The position numbers and the translations under genes are program-made. The notes beneath the pieces were generated by a model that did no database searches, was not told the origin of the DNA, and saw nothing but the letters and a program-made list of their open reading frames with translations. From Microcoleaceae cyanobacterium (GTDB lineage Bacteria > Cyanobacteriota > Cyanobacteriia > Cyanobacteriales > Microcoleaceae), in assembly GCA_051652765.1 (NCBI GenBank), contig JBOFUV010000134.1:1-40508 (forward strand): DNA of 40,508 bases, in the 5' to 3' direction. Shown here one piece after another: positions 20,942 through 30,156 of this stretch. Each line of letters begins with the position of its first letter. Positions within the stretch are counted from its first letter, which is position 1.

Positions 20942-22114
20942 CTACTCGGCATCTTGCATTGCTTTCGCAAGTTCAGCCGCAACTTCAGGACGGGAGAACT
21001 CAGGCGGTGGCAGTTCACCCCGACGCAGCATCTCTCGCACTTTAGTTCCAGACAAGTGAATTCGTTGTTCTGGTTTGCTTGGGCTAGTCTTATTTGTCGC
21101 CATACCCTTAGTGACCGTGCAGTAAAATGCATGTTCAAACTTCATTGGCACAATGCCTAGCTCTCCGGGCTCAAATTCATCGAAAATATGCTGAGCATCG
21201 TAGGTGCCGTAGTAGTCTCCCACTCCAGCATGATCTCGACCCACAATAAAGTGAGTACAGCCATAGTTCTTGCGAACTAACGCATGGAAAATCGCTTCGC
21301 GGGGGCCAGCATAACGCATCGCCGCCGGATTAATCGCCAAAATCACTCGTTCCGCTGGATAGTAATGATCCATCAGGATTTCATAGCACCGCATCCGCAC
21401 ATCAGCCGGAATATCATCGGACTTGGTTGCTCCAACCAGCGGATGCAGAAACAGTCCGTCTACTGTTTCTAGGGCGCACTTCTGAATATATTCGTGGGCA
21501 CGGTGAATGGGGTTACGCGTTTGGAAGCCCACAATCGTTTTCCAGCCCCGTTCCCAGAATAACGCCCGTGAAACGGCTGGATCGATTTGGTAAACAGGAA
21601 ACTCAGGATGAGGATCGCGTTGCAAGAGCCAAACTGGGCCTGCCAAATTAATTGGGCCTTGATCGTAGACCACCTTGACCCCAGGATGCTTGTCTTCCGT
21701 TGTGAGGTAGACCTGTTGAGCTTCTTTGGTCTTGTCGTAAGTATATTTCTGGGTCAGTTCTAGAACTCCAACAAACTCTCCTTCAGGGGAATCTAGCCGA
21801 ACTAGACTTCCTTCCAGTAGAGGGGTTGCAACTTCTTCTGAGACAGAGAGGGTGATTGGCACTGACCAGGGGAGCCCATTGCTCAGGCGCATACTCGTGA
21901 CGACGGTGTCATAGTCGGCCTGTTCCATAAAGCCAGTTAAGGGGCTGAATCCTCCAATAGCAATCATATGCAGGTCAGAGAGCGATCGCACATCAAGCTG
22001 AACCCGAGGCAGAAAGTCTGCTTTTTCAAGCATCTCTTGTCGTTTTTCGGGGCTGGCGATCCGGTTAATCAGTTCTCCACCATGGGGTGCAATAACATCT
22101 TGCTGCTGGCTCAA
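20942..22114 (-). CDS. sat: Sulfate adenylyltransferase
   Basis: [33 protein letters not shown]. Confidence 0.98.
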   Translation of the reverse strand: MSQQQDVIAPHGGELINRIASPEKRQEMLEKADFLPRVQLDVRSLSDLHMIAIGGFSPLTGFMEQADYDTVVTSMRLSNGLPWSVPITLSVSEEVATPLLEGSLVRLDSPEGEFVGVLELTQKYTYDKTKEAQQVYLTTEDKHPGVKVVYDQGPINLAGPVWLLQRDPHPEFPVYQIDPAVSRALFWERGWKTIVGFQTRNPIHRAHEYIQKCALETVDGLFLHPLVGATKSDDIPADVRMRCYEILMDHYYPAERVILAINPAAMRYAGPREAIFHALVRKNYGCTHFIVGRDHAGVGDYYGTYDAQHIFDEFEPGELGIVPMKFEHAFYCTVTKGMATNKTSPSKPEQRIHLSGTKVREMLRRGELPPPEFSRPEVAAELAKAMQDAE

Positions 22115-22265
22115 GGTAACTTCTCCTCAATTTGAATAACAAGGGAAAAAAATACTAAGCTGCCCTGACTCTCTATTTTACAGTGTAATTTGAACTCTCT
22201 TAAAAGAAAGCCCCTTCTCCCTTATACTCCATTCTGCATGACAAAACTGGATGAATTAATCACCA

Positions 22266-22301
22266 ATAAAAATCTCATGGGCCAGACAGCGACCCATGAG
22301 A
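22266..22301 (-). terminator. Rho-independent terminator after PEP-CTERM gene
   Basis: TCTCATGGG/CCCATGAGA stem followed by a T-run on the minus strand. Confidence 0.7.
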
Positions 22302-22347
22302 GCATCTAAGTGATTACTGAAATATGCTCCTGCTGAATCTCAGGCAT

Positions 22348-23220
22348 CTATGCCTTTGCCTTGCTCTTCTGCTGCTTCTTACCGTACTCTTTCTTAAAGA
22401 CAGCACCAAACCCTAAGGCAGCTCCTGTGCCTAGGATCGTCAGAGGCTCAGGAACGAAGTAGACTCCGTTGATCTCTGCATCTGCAAGGGCAATTTGTTG
22501 AGCAATCACTGAGCCGTCAATAACTCCGTTGCTAATAGACGTTGTAGAGCCGTCGCCCGTTACAAAGAGTGAACCAAACAAACTGGAGTTGTTGCTCAGA
22601 TCCGCTGATCCACCCACTACAAACAGGACGTTATCTGTTAGTGCCCCACCCTCAAGCTTGAAAGAAGAATTATTCAGCTTCAGGTCATCCTCAACCACAA
22701 TCACAAAAGTTGCACCTCGGCCACCCTTGAGAGTCACCTCTGTGTTACTCAAATCTAGACTTCCGCTGAACTGAATCAAATTCCGAAACTGAGTAGAAAG
22801 TCCTGCATCTTGAATGGTGAATGGAGCCGTGATGGATGCACTATTAAAAGTTTGCGTTGCATTGACGGCAAACGCATTGTCCGAAACCGTTTGAGCATCA
22901 CCAACCAACCCTGGCAGTTGGGCTTGGTCTAGAAAGCTGAAATCATCCAGAGTTTGTGAACCTCGAGTGCCTGTAGTGTAGCCTCCAGTGTACAAATCAA
23001 GCACTGAGTAATCCTTGGTTAGCTGATTAGCCAATGGTGTAACGTCTTGCTTGATTGACATCGCCTGAACAGGGGAAGGCAGCAATGTTGCCAACCCAGT
23101 CATTCCTGCTACCGATAGCCAACCTGCAATCAAGCTAGCCGATAAAGACGGCTTTGTTCCGGGCTTCTGAGACATTGACTCAAATATATTCATCGGTAGA
23201 CGACTCCAAAAAAACTGCAT
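22348..23220 (-). CDS. PEP-CTERM sorting-domain surface protein with beta-helix-like domain
   Basis: Signal peptide ending SPVQA; C-terminal VPEPLTILGTGAALGFG plus basic tail; start may be downstream of 23220. Confidence 0.9.
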   Translation of the reverse strand: MQFFWSRLPMNIFESMSQKPGTKPSLSASLIAGWLSVAGMTGLATLLPSPVQAMSIKQDVTPLANQLTKDYSVLDLYTGGYTTGTRGSQTLDDFSFLDQAQLPGLVGDAQTVSDNAFAVNATQTFNSASITAPFTIQDAGLSTQFRNLIQFSGSLDLSNTEVTLKGGRGATFVIVVEDDLKLNNSSFKLEGGALTDNVLFVVGGSADLSNNSSLFGSLFVTGDGSTTSISNGVIDGSVIAQQIALADAEINGVYFVPEPLTILGTGAALGFGAVFKKEYGKKQQKSKAKA

Positions 23221-23469
23221 CTAGGATTAAGTGATCAAGTCCGCAAAAGCGAAGTGTTTGGATTAGACAATAGAACAGAATCAGGAACTGCGCGAACCAA
23301 CCCCAAACAACTCGGCTCAGCGACAAAAAAATTACTGGATGTATAACTTCGGTATATATTCTGATTACGGCAAGTATAAAATCTTTGCCTTAGAATATCA
23401 CTAGTCGAACGGTTGGTTTTACAGAAGATTTACAAAGTTTTTCCGGAAGCTTCACAATTGGGGTACTTT

Positions 23470-23504
23470 TGTAAAGTTCACCTGTAAAGTTCACCTGTAA
23501 AGTT
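23470..23504. repeat. 13-bp tandem repeat (TGTAAAGTTCACC) x ~2.7
   Basis: Seen directly. Confidence 0.8.
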
Positions 23505-23589
23505 TATCCGCAGGGTGCTGTTGAGAGAAGGGCCGTAAGGCTGATGATGAGGTGGTTTGATTAACGATGAACAGGAGCTAGCTGAGGAC

Positions 23590-24831
23590 ATGAACATTCG
23601 ATCGACAGACCTTGGCTGTCATGAACATAACTTATCGTTATTCCAGTTTGTGAAGGAACAAGTTAGAGTCAGTTCCCAGAGAAGGATTACTTTTTCAGAA
23701 TACATGAATTGGGTACTGTATCACCCTGAATTCGGTTATTACAATGGGAGTCAGCCAAAAATTGGGGCAGGAGGAGACTTTTTTACATCAGTTCATCTGG
23801 GCCCAGACTTTGGGGAGTTGCTGGCAGAACAATTCGTTGAACTGTGGGAAGTTCTGGGTTGCCCTGAACCTTTTACGCTAGTAGAAATGGGGGCCGGACA
23901 GGGGATACTGGCGGTGGACATCTTGCAGTACTTGCAAGAGAGGCATCCAGAATTTCTGCGCGCTTTGACCTACGGCATTATTGAGCACTCCCCTAGGTTC
24001 CGCACAGAGCAAGCTCACAGGCTTAAGCCTTGGAGTGATTTGGGGTGTTCTATTCAATGGTTGGACTGGGAAGCTATTCCTCAAAATTCAATCACCGGCT
24101 GTTTTTTTTCCAATGAGTTGGTTGATGCTTTTCCGGTTCATCAAGTCGTTTTTGAGAATGGACAATTGCAAGAAGTCTATGTGACTGTAGATTTGGGTTC
24201 AGAAGATGCCAATCCCCAATCACTTCAGTTCGCAGAATTCACAGAAGTGATTGGTGACCTGTCAACGCCTCAACTTTCAGAATACTTCCAATTTTTGGAT
24301 ATTCACTTCAACTCAGAGCTTTACCCTGATCACTATCGAACTGAAGTCAATCTGGCCGCCCTGGATTGGATGACAACGATTGCGAGTAAGTTGCATCAAG
24401 GCTTTGTATTGACAATTGACTACGGTTACTCCGCTCAGAAGTACTATAGCCCGATGCGCCAAGGGGGAACTCTACAATGTTATTTTCAACATCGCTACCA
24501 CAATCATCCTTACCTGAATATTGGATATCAGGATCTGACCGCCCACGTTAACTTTACGGCCTTGGAAAAGCAGGGTGAACGGTGGGGATTGGAAACGGTG
24601 GGGTTTACGCAACAAGCCTTGTTTCTCATGGCTTTGGGGTTGGGCGATCGCCTTGCAACCCTCTCCCAACCTTCAGGATTGTCTCTCTCAGCAGTCCTGC
24701 GCCATCGCGAGGCCCTACACAGCTTGATTAACCCCATGGGATTAGGCAACTTTGGAGTCCTGATCCAAAGCAAAGGGTTGAATCACTTACAACCGATTAA
24801 ACTCAAGGGCTTAAGCGTTCCAGACCCTTAG
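23590..24831 (+). CDS. SAM-dependent methyltransferase, MidA/NDUFAF7 family
   Basis: GDFFTS, VEMGAGQG, SNELVDAFP, TIDYGY, QDLTAHVNF. Confidence 0.92.
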   Translation: MNIRSTDLGCHEHNLSLFQFVKEQVRVSSQRRITFSEYMNWVLYHPEFGYYNGSQPKIGAGGDFFTSVHLGPDFGELLAEQFVELWEVLGCPEPFTLVEMGAGQGILAVDILQYLQERHPEFLRALTYGIIEHSPRFRTEQAHRLKPWSDLGCSIQWLDWEAIPQNSITGCFFSNELVDAFPVHQVVFENGQLQEVYVTVDLGSEDANPQSLQFAEFTEVIGDLSTPQLSEYFQFLDIHFNSELYPDHYRTEVNLAALDWMTTIASKLHQGFVLTIDYGYSAQKYYSPMRQGGTLQCYFQHRYHNHPYLNIGYQDLTAHVNFTALEKQGERWGLETVGFTQQALFLMALGLGDRLATLSQPSGLSLSAVLRHREALHSLINPMGLGNFGVLIQSKGLNHLQPIKLKGLSVPDP

Positions 24832-24892
24832 GTGACATCGTGCTACCCCTGCAAACATTGTTCTGTAAAGTGCTAACAATCGGGTGGGCAAT

Positions 24893-25123
24893 TTACAGTG
24901 TGTCTGGATCAATATTCAATTCTCGGAGTTTGGCTGCTAATTTTTCCTGCTGCTGACGTTCAATTCCAAGGTATTGTCCTGTCTCTGAACCTGTAGGTGG
25001 ATTCACGATGAGTTCTCCGGTGGCGGTGAGTTCGAGTCTGAGATCTCGGTTGGCCCCACACAGGCGATAGAACTGGTCGTCGGTGAGGTGGAGGATGGGG
25101 GTGAGTTTAAGGGTAATGGTCAT
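24893..25123 (-). pseudogene. Uma2-family endonuclease remnant (N-terminus fused to C-terminal tail)
   Basis: LTDDQFYRLCGANRDLRLELTATGELIVNPPTGSETG joined directly to ERQQQEKLAAKLRELNIDPDTL; no PD-(D/E)xK core. Confidence 0.8.
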
Positions 25124-25173
25124 GGTGTCTTGCCCTCTGGGTTATGTAGGGATAACTTGAGTCTATTGCATTC

Positions 25174-25459
25174 TATAGAACCCATTTGGGATCTACTTAA
25201 CCTGCAGCAAGTCTTTTGAGCATGAATCTGACGAAACAAAGATTGACCTTGGCTGTGGCGTGCCCAAGAGTTCTCTCAAAGTTTTTGACTAAACTCTTGC
25301 ATCTTTCTACCCAAGCATTGCTTCTCTCTAGGTCTAGTTCTCTTCTTCTGTGGCAGCAGGGGTTTGACAATTTCCCACTCTTTTTCGGTCAGGCTACTTG
25401 AATACTTCATGCTTTTCCCTTAATTGCTCCTTTTCTCAAGATACCAAATGGGTTCTATA
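25174..25459 (-). mobile_element. Internally deleted IS5-family element (MITE-like)
   Basis: Inverted ends CTATAGAACCCATTTGGGATCT (25173) / AGATACCAAATGGGTTCTATAG (to 25460), 21/22 match, TATA on both flanks; minus strand encodes MKYSSSLTEKEWEIVKPLLPQKKRTRP (ATG 25410) and, in another frame, ERSNAWVERCKSLVKNFERTLGHATAKVNLCFVRFMLKRLAAG* (stop 25197). Confidence 0.88.
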
Positions 25460-26144
25460 GCTGAATTTTGAGCGGGAGCGCAGGTTCAAAGCTCATCGCT
25501 TGTCTTTGTCTGCCATCATCCAGTGTAAGCGAGACCAAGGGTGCCGATCCGACCTCAAATTGTAGTGCATTAGTAAGTGCCCCCAATGCTCCAATATCAA
25601 ATATTGTGCTAGTGATCGTGGCTTGCGTGAGTGTAAGTTGACGAGAACCAATCGGGTGGCATATCGAATCCCGGAGATTTGCATCTCCTTCGACTGCCGC
25701 AGCCCAATCCATCTCGGGCGGAATAACGAAAATGAGAGGCGTTCCGAGATCGGATGCACCTTCGGCAAACAGAATCGTATCGTTTGCCCTCATCCACTCA
25801 GCATGAAAGGGACGAACCGCGAAAGGCAATGCTGCACGAACCTTATCCTTTCGCCGTAGGGCAATTCCAAAGGGGCAAGCACCTGTACTATGCCAACGTG
25901 CGCGCGCAAGCAGATCTGTATTAATCGCCTGCCCAAACTTTGCCGCCTCGTCCTCATCATTGACCCAGATCAACTCAATGTAGGCGTTCTCAAAGGAGAA
26001 AGTGATCGACGCAGTTCCCTGCCCATGATGGACAATGAGTTCCTCATCAAATTGGAAACCAGACTCTATTAGTGTTGTCTTCTCGGGCGCATCTGAAGCT
26101 ACCCAAATGAAGAGATGATCTAGTTCGAAGTGCTCTTCAAGCAT
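25455..26144 (-). CDS. VOC/glyoxalase-like protein (cassette gene)
   Basis: ELDHLFIWV, HHGQGT, FENAYIELIWV, PFGIALR motifs; ATG 26144. Confidence 0.85.
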   Translation of the reverse strand: MLEEHFELDHLFIWVASDAPEKTTLIESGFQFDEELIVHHGQGTASITFSFENAYIELIWVNDEDEAAKFGQAINTDLLARARWHSTGACPFGIALRRKDKVRAALPFAVRPFHAEWMRANDTILFAEGASDLGTPLIFVIPPEMDWAAAVEGDANLRDSICHPIGSRQLTLTQATITSTIFDIGALGALTNALQFEVGSAPLVSLTLDDGRQRQAMSFEPALPLKIQL

Positions 26145-26218
26145 AACCCTACAGCCCTCACCTAGCAAATGTCTGAATAGATCAGCGAAAACTCAGTTAC
26201 AGGCTCTATCAATTAGAC

Positions 26219-26306
26219 GCACAACTTCTCAAATCAGCAGCGGCAGAGGACTTGAAACGCAACACCAACCAACTTTGTTCAGTCCGCTCCAATTGGGTTG
26301 TTATCC
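26219..26306 (-). other. attC-like recombination site 1 (88 bp)
   Basis: Minus strand GGATAAC-AACCCA-ATTGGAGCGGAC...GCCGCTGCTGATT-TGAGAA-GTTGTGC; the most degenerate of the four. Confidence 0.7.
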
Positions 26307-26333
26307 CATGATTAGGTAGGGGTTAGTTGTTGG

Positions 26334-26813
26334 CTAACTGATGCCGTCCGCTGCACGCTCAATCGTGGCAATGTCAATCTTGACCATTTGCATCATCGCC
26401 TCTTGGGCACGTCGAGCACGGCTTGTGTCGGGGTCGTTGAGTAATTCGATCATCCGCTTGGGTACGATCTGCCAAGAAAGTCCCCAACGATCTTTGACCC
26501 ATCCGCATGCGACTTCCGATCCACCATCTGCGAGAGCAGTCCATAGGCGATCAACTTCAGGCTGGTCATCACAATAGATTTGAAACGACACTGCTTCAGT
26601 GAACGGAAACTGAGGGCCGCCGTTTAGCCCCATGTATTGCACACCAGCCAAAGTGAATTCGACAGTCAAGACCTTTCCGGTAGGAACACTCGGCGTGTCA
26701 GCAGGAGACTTCAAAACACGGTCGATTCGCGAATCTGGCAGCAGCGAGACATAGAACTCAGCCGCCGCCTCGGCGTTGCCGTCGAACCACAAACAAGGAA
26801 CGATTTTTTGCAT
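26334..26813 (-). CDS. VOC family PhnB/3-demethylubiquinone-9 methyltransferase-like protein (cassette gene)
   Basis: KIVPCLWFDGNAEAAAEFY, LNGGP, CGWVKDRWGLSWQIVP. Confidence 0.93.
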   Translation of the reverse strand: MQKIVPCLWFDGNAEAAAEFYVSLLPDSRIDRVLKSPADTPSVPTGKVLTVEFTLAGVQYMGLNGGPQFPFTEAVSFQIYCDDQPEVDRLWTALADGGSEVACGWVKDRWGLSWQIVPKRMIELLNDPDTSRARRAQEAMMQMVKIDIATIERAADGIS

Positions 26814-26892
26814 AAAGTCTTCTCCATTCGAGAGGGATAATAGTCAGTCGCCCTTCGGTTCAACTCCACACGGAAACTGTGGTGCGCTGGCA

Positions 26893-26981
26893 AGATAACG
26901 TTGCCCATCACCCGCCGCAGACTACCTCTGCATCATAACCGATTACATTGTGGCGGTCGGTGTGCATGGGCGTTGTTAGAC
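26893..26981 (-). other. attC-like recombination site 2 (89 bp)
   Basis: Minus strand GTCTAAC-AACGCCC-ATGCACACCGACCGCC...GCGGCGGGTGAT-GGGCAAC-GTTATCT; extra-helical base in L''. Confidence 0.88.
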
Positions 26982-27012
26982 AGATTTACGCCTTTAGCTG
27001 TTGACTGTCTGA

Positions 27013-27061
27013 TCTCATGCATTTTCTGCACCGAAGGGGTTAGTGCAGAAAATGCATGAGA
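27013..27061 (-). terminator. Perfect 19-bp-stem hairpin after SDR gene
   Basis: TCTCATGCATTTTCTGCAC / GTGCAGAAAATGCATGAGA. Confidence 0.7.
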
Positions 27062-27079
27062 CTGCTTCTGGACAGCGAC

Positions 27080-27847
27080 TTAAGCTGCTTGCTGGCGATT
27101 GTTAAAGCCATCTCCTCCAGCCGCAATACCACCATCCACCGGGAGGATTACCCCCGTTACCCAGCTTGCATTTGCCAAATATAGAACGGCATCGGCGATA
27201 TCTTTGGGCGTGCCAACCCGACCCAGAGGATGCTGCCGATCTAAATAATTTAATGTTTCTTGGGTCAGTTCACCATGAAGAGGTGTTGGTACAATCCCAG
27301 GCGCGATCGTGTTGATCCGAATCCTATCCTCGGCTAACTCAAAGGATAGGTTTTTCGCCATAGCTGTAATTGCGGCTTTCGCCATAATCGGTGCTGAAGC
27401 AGGAGTTGACTGGCTAGCGTGGAATGTGAGAATCGTCCCAATGTTGATAATTGCGCCGCCATCTCCTTGCAAGCGCATTTGCTTGACGGTTTCCTGAGTG
27501 AGTGCAAAGGTACCGCGCACATAGTTTAGGTATTGGTCTAACTCCCCAATGCTATATTCAGTAAAGGGTTTGACCGCAAAGATGCCAGCATTATTGATGA
27601 GCACATTCACTCGACCAAACCTGGAGATAGCTTCATCAACTAGTTTTGGCGCAAATGCCGGATCGGTAATGTCACCTGCGACAAGATGGATGCGATCGGG
27701 GCGATCGAGTTTTTGAGCCGCCATTTCAAGCTTTGAGAATGTTCTCCCGTTCAGTATCACATTCGCCTGATTGTGCAAAAATGCTTCAGCAATGGCATAA
27801 CCTAAGCCAGTTGCACCGCCCGTGATAATTACAGTCTGAGTTGTCAT
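27080..27847 (-). CDS. SDR-family oxidoreductase (atypical active site)
   Basis: TGGATGLG, NNAG, IAPG, PVDGG; GGAGG RBS before ATG 27847. Confidence 0.93.
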   Translation of the reverse strand: MTTQTVIITGGATGLGYAIAEAFLHNQANVILNGRTFSKLEMAAQKLDRPDRIHLVAGDITDPAFAPKLVDEAISRFGRVNVLINNAGIFAVKPFTEYSIGELDQYLNYVRGTFALTQETVKQMRLQGDGGAIINIGTILTFHASQSTPASAPIMAKAAITAMAKNLSFELAEDRIRINTIAPGIVPTPLHGELTQETLNYLDRQHPLGRVGTPKDIADAVLYLANASWVTGVILPVDGGIAAGGDGFNNRQQAA

Positions 27848-27899
27848 GCTATCTACCTCCAATTCGGTTCAAAGATTTGACTGTCTAGATCGATATTTT

Positions 27900-28115
27900 T
27901 CAATGTAATTGTTGCTGAATGCCTTGCCGAAGTTCTTTCACAGGCACGCCAGCAATTCCCCAATCTTCAGTCGCAACTTCATCAATAACGACAAATGTCG
28001 TTGCGGGTGTCTTATTTAGAACACGCACCAAAAGTTCTGTTACACCTTTGATTAGTTCAGCTTTTTGCTGTGCTGTTGCTCCTTCGCGAGTGATTTTGAT
28101 GTTTACATAGGGCAT
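27900..28115 (-). CDS. 4-oxalocrotonate tautomerase family protein
   Basis: N-terminal Pro (MPYVNIKI), VVIDEV, WGIAG; GGAGG RBS before ATG 28115. Confidence 0.93.
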   Translation of the reverse strand: MPYVNIKITREGATAQQKAELIKGVTELLVRVLNKTPATTFVVIDEVATEDWGIAGVPVKELRQGIQQQLH

Positions 28116-28129
28116 GGTTTGACCTCCCG

Positions 28130-28573
28130 CTAATTTTGGCTTGTTGGCAATATTGCCGTGTCTACATGGTTCGTGTAGTGAAAGACTTTGGTAATAATTT
28201 TCCATTCACCCTCAAGCTGAATGAGGCTGAGGAGATCAATAAAATCTTTGCCTAGCATGGAAGAACGCATTCGGGCGATCGCGGTTACAGCGCCTGCGAA
28301 CTCGATCGATTCGATCAAAAATGAATAGGGTTCACCAGAATCTTCTGGTGAAATTCGTTGCTCAACGATTGGAAAATAGGAATTCATATCCAGATGCAAT
28401 AGTTCTCCACTAGATGCAGTAAAGTATTGAGCACTGGCATGAAACACAGTTGCCAAAAGAGCTGTATCACAACGATATAAAGCGTCGTAATATCGCTTGA
28501 GCAGATCGACGATCGCAGCATATTCAATGCCGTAAACCTGTTTATCCACTGCATAAACTTGTGCTTGATTCAT
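28130..28573 (-). CDS. NTF2/SnoaL-like (putative lumazine-binding) protein
   Basis: YYDALYRCD, VFHASA, FIDLLSLIQLEGEWKIITKVF. Confidence 0.88.
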   Translation of the reverse strand: MNQAQVYAVDKQVYGIEYAAIVDLLKRYYDALYRCDTALLATVFHASAQYFTASSGELLHLDMNSYFPIVEQRISPEDSGEPYSFLIESIEFAGAVTAIARMRSSMLGKDFIDLLSLIQLEGEWKIITKVFHYTNHVDTAILPTSQN

Positions 28574-28670
28574 AGTTCCTCCGCGCTTCGGGTTATCACA
28601 GTTTGAAGCGCATACTTAGACCATAACTCTTCACTTAAAAAAGATAAAGACCGATTTAGTTGAATAACTT

Positions 28671-28685
28671 TTCACCCATAGTGAA
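28671..28685. promoter_or_regulatory. LysR-type operator (T-N11-A palindrome)
   Basis: TTCAC-CCATA-GTGAA in the divergent intergenic region. Confidence 0.65.
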
Positions 28686-28727
28686 TAATACAGGTGGCGC
28701 GATGGATCATTTTGTAAGTGGTTTTCT

Positions 28728-29630
28728 ATGGACAAATTAATTGCTCTGAACGTCTTTAGACGGGTCGTTGAGTTGGAGAGTTTTAGCTGTGCAGCAAACG
28801 CTCTGAACTTATCAAATGCAGCCGTCAGTAAAAATGTCCAGGAACTGGAAAAAGAACTGGGAACCCAGTTGATCCATCGAACCACCAGACGTTTGAACTT
28901 GACTGAAGCCGGACGACTCTATTTTCAGCGAGTTTCCTCGATTCTGGATGAACTGGAAAGTGTTGAAGAAACTGTTGCCGATCTCTCGGTCAAACCCCAT
29001 GGACTGCTTCGCGTGACAGCACCCATGTCTCTGGGTTTAACCCATGTCGCAACAGCGATTTATCAATTTCAATCCATTTATCCAGATATACGGATCGAAC
29101 TCATCCTCAACGATCGTTATGTGGATCTCATTGAGGAGGGATTTGATGTGGGGATCAGAGGGGGCGGATTGGTCAACGATAATAGTCTGGTCTCACATCG
29201 AATCGGCGACATTCAACGAGTCGTTTGTGCATCACCGGCATATCTAAAACAGTATGGTGAACCCCAATCGCCGGAGGATCTAAAGCAGCACCATTGTGTG
29301 GTTTATACGCTAGCGCGATCGCCCCATGAGTGGAGCTTTTGGCGAGGTCATGAAACAGTGTCAGTGCATGTCGATGGATCTTTGAAAGTGAACAATAGCC
29401 TTGCTGCGAGTCAAGCGGCTGTTGCAGGACTCGGTTTGATTTTTTTGCCCATGTTCACAGTCTTAGATGAATTGGAACGTGGGATGCTGAAAACTGTCTT
29501 GCAAGAATGGTCTACGGAACCTTTGACTCTGTATGCGATTTACCCAAAACATCGCCAACACTCTGGAAAACTTCAAGTATTCATAGATTTCATATCGGAG
29601 GCTCTTGCATCAATTGCTGCCAGACTTTAA
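28728..29630 (+). CDS. LysR family transcriptional regulator (CrgA-like)
   Basis: SFSCAANAL...AVSKNVQELEKELGTQLIHRTTRRLNLTEAG HTH; CASPAYL. Confidence 0.96.
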   Translation: MDKLIALNVFRRVVELESFSCAANALNLSNAAVSKNVQELEKELGTQLIHRTTRRLNLTEAGRLYFQRVSSILDELESVEETVADLSVKPHGLLRVTAPMSLGLTHVATAIYQFQSIYPDIRIELILNDRYVDLIEEGFDVGIRGGGLVNDNSLVSHRIGDIQRVVCASPAYLKQYGEPQSPEDLKQHHCVVYTLARSPHEWSFWRGHETVSVHVDGSLKVNNSLAASQAAVAGLGLIFLPMFTVLDELERGMLKTVLQEWSTEPLTLYAIYPKHRQHSGKLQVFIDFISEALASIAARL

Positions 29631-29736
29631 CCTTTAACAAGCCAACAGAAAAGCCAAGATTTACGAATAGTAATAGCTCAGCAAAAACAGTATATCAAGA
29701 TCAATTTTTCACAACCGTACTATTACAAAATCAGCG

Positions 29737-29823
29737 GTCTAACGTTGCCCATCACCCGCCGCAGACGACCTTGAACACTCACAGATAACCTCTAAACGGT
29801 CGAGTGCATTGGGCTTGTTAGCC
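29737..29823 (-). other. attC-like recombination site 3 (87 bp)
   Basis: Minus strand GGCTAAC-AAGCCCA-ATGCACTCGACCG...CGGCGGGTGAT-GGGCAAC-GTTAGAC; right arm near-identical to site 2. Confidence 0.9.
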
Positions 29824-30011
29824 ATCGTCGCCATTTTGCCTTATTTCGCGTTCGACGATCTCCTTGATAAACTCAGGGATTTCCTTGTCAAGACTAGTAG
29901 CACGTTGTCTCAATCGTTCATAATGTGATCAATCACAGCTTTTGGTCTTTTAGCGGTTACTGATTGACAAAGTTGGATAAAATCATCGGGTAACTGCTGA
30001 GAACTGTCCAT
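29818..30011 (-). pseudogene. Internally deleted cassette gene, probably HNH-type restriction endonuclease remnant
   Basis: MDSSQQLPDDFIQLCQSVTAKRPKAVIDHI joined out of frame to YERLRQRATSLDKEIPEFIKEIVEREIRQNGDDG*, stop TAA inside the attC R'' GGCTAAC; family assignment is from memory of similar termini. Confidence 0.55.
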
Positions 30012-30156
30012 GCTTTTCTAGAAGTGTAAGCTGTTGCGGTAAAGTAGCCATTTCCAAAGGAGCAAGAACAAATGACCTTGGCTAGATTACCACAAAGAAA
30101 AGAAGTCTGGCTCCGCTAGAGAATATTGTTCATGAACCATAATCAACAATTGAGAG

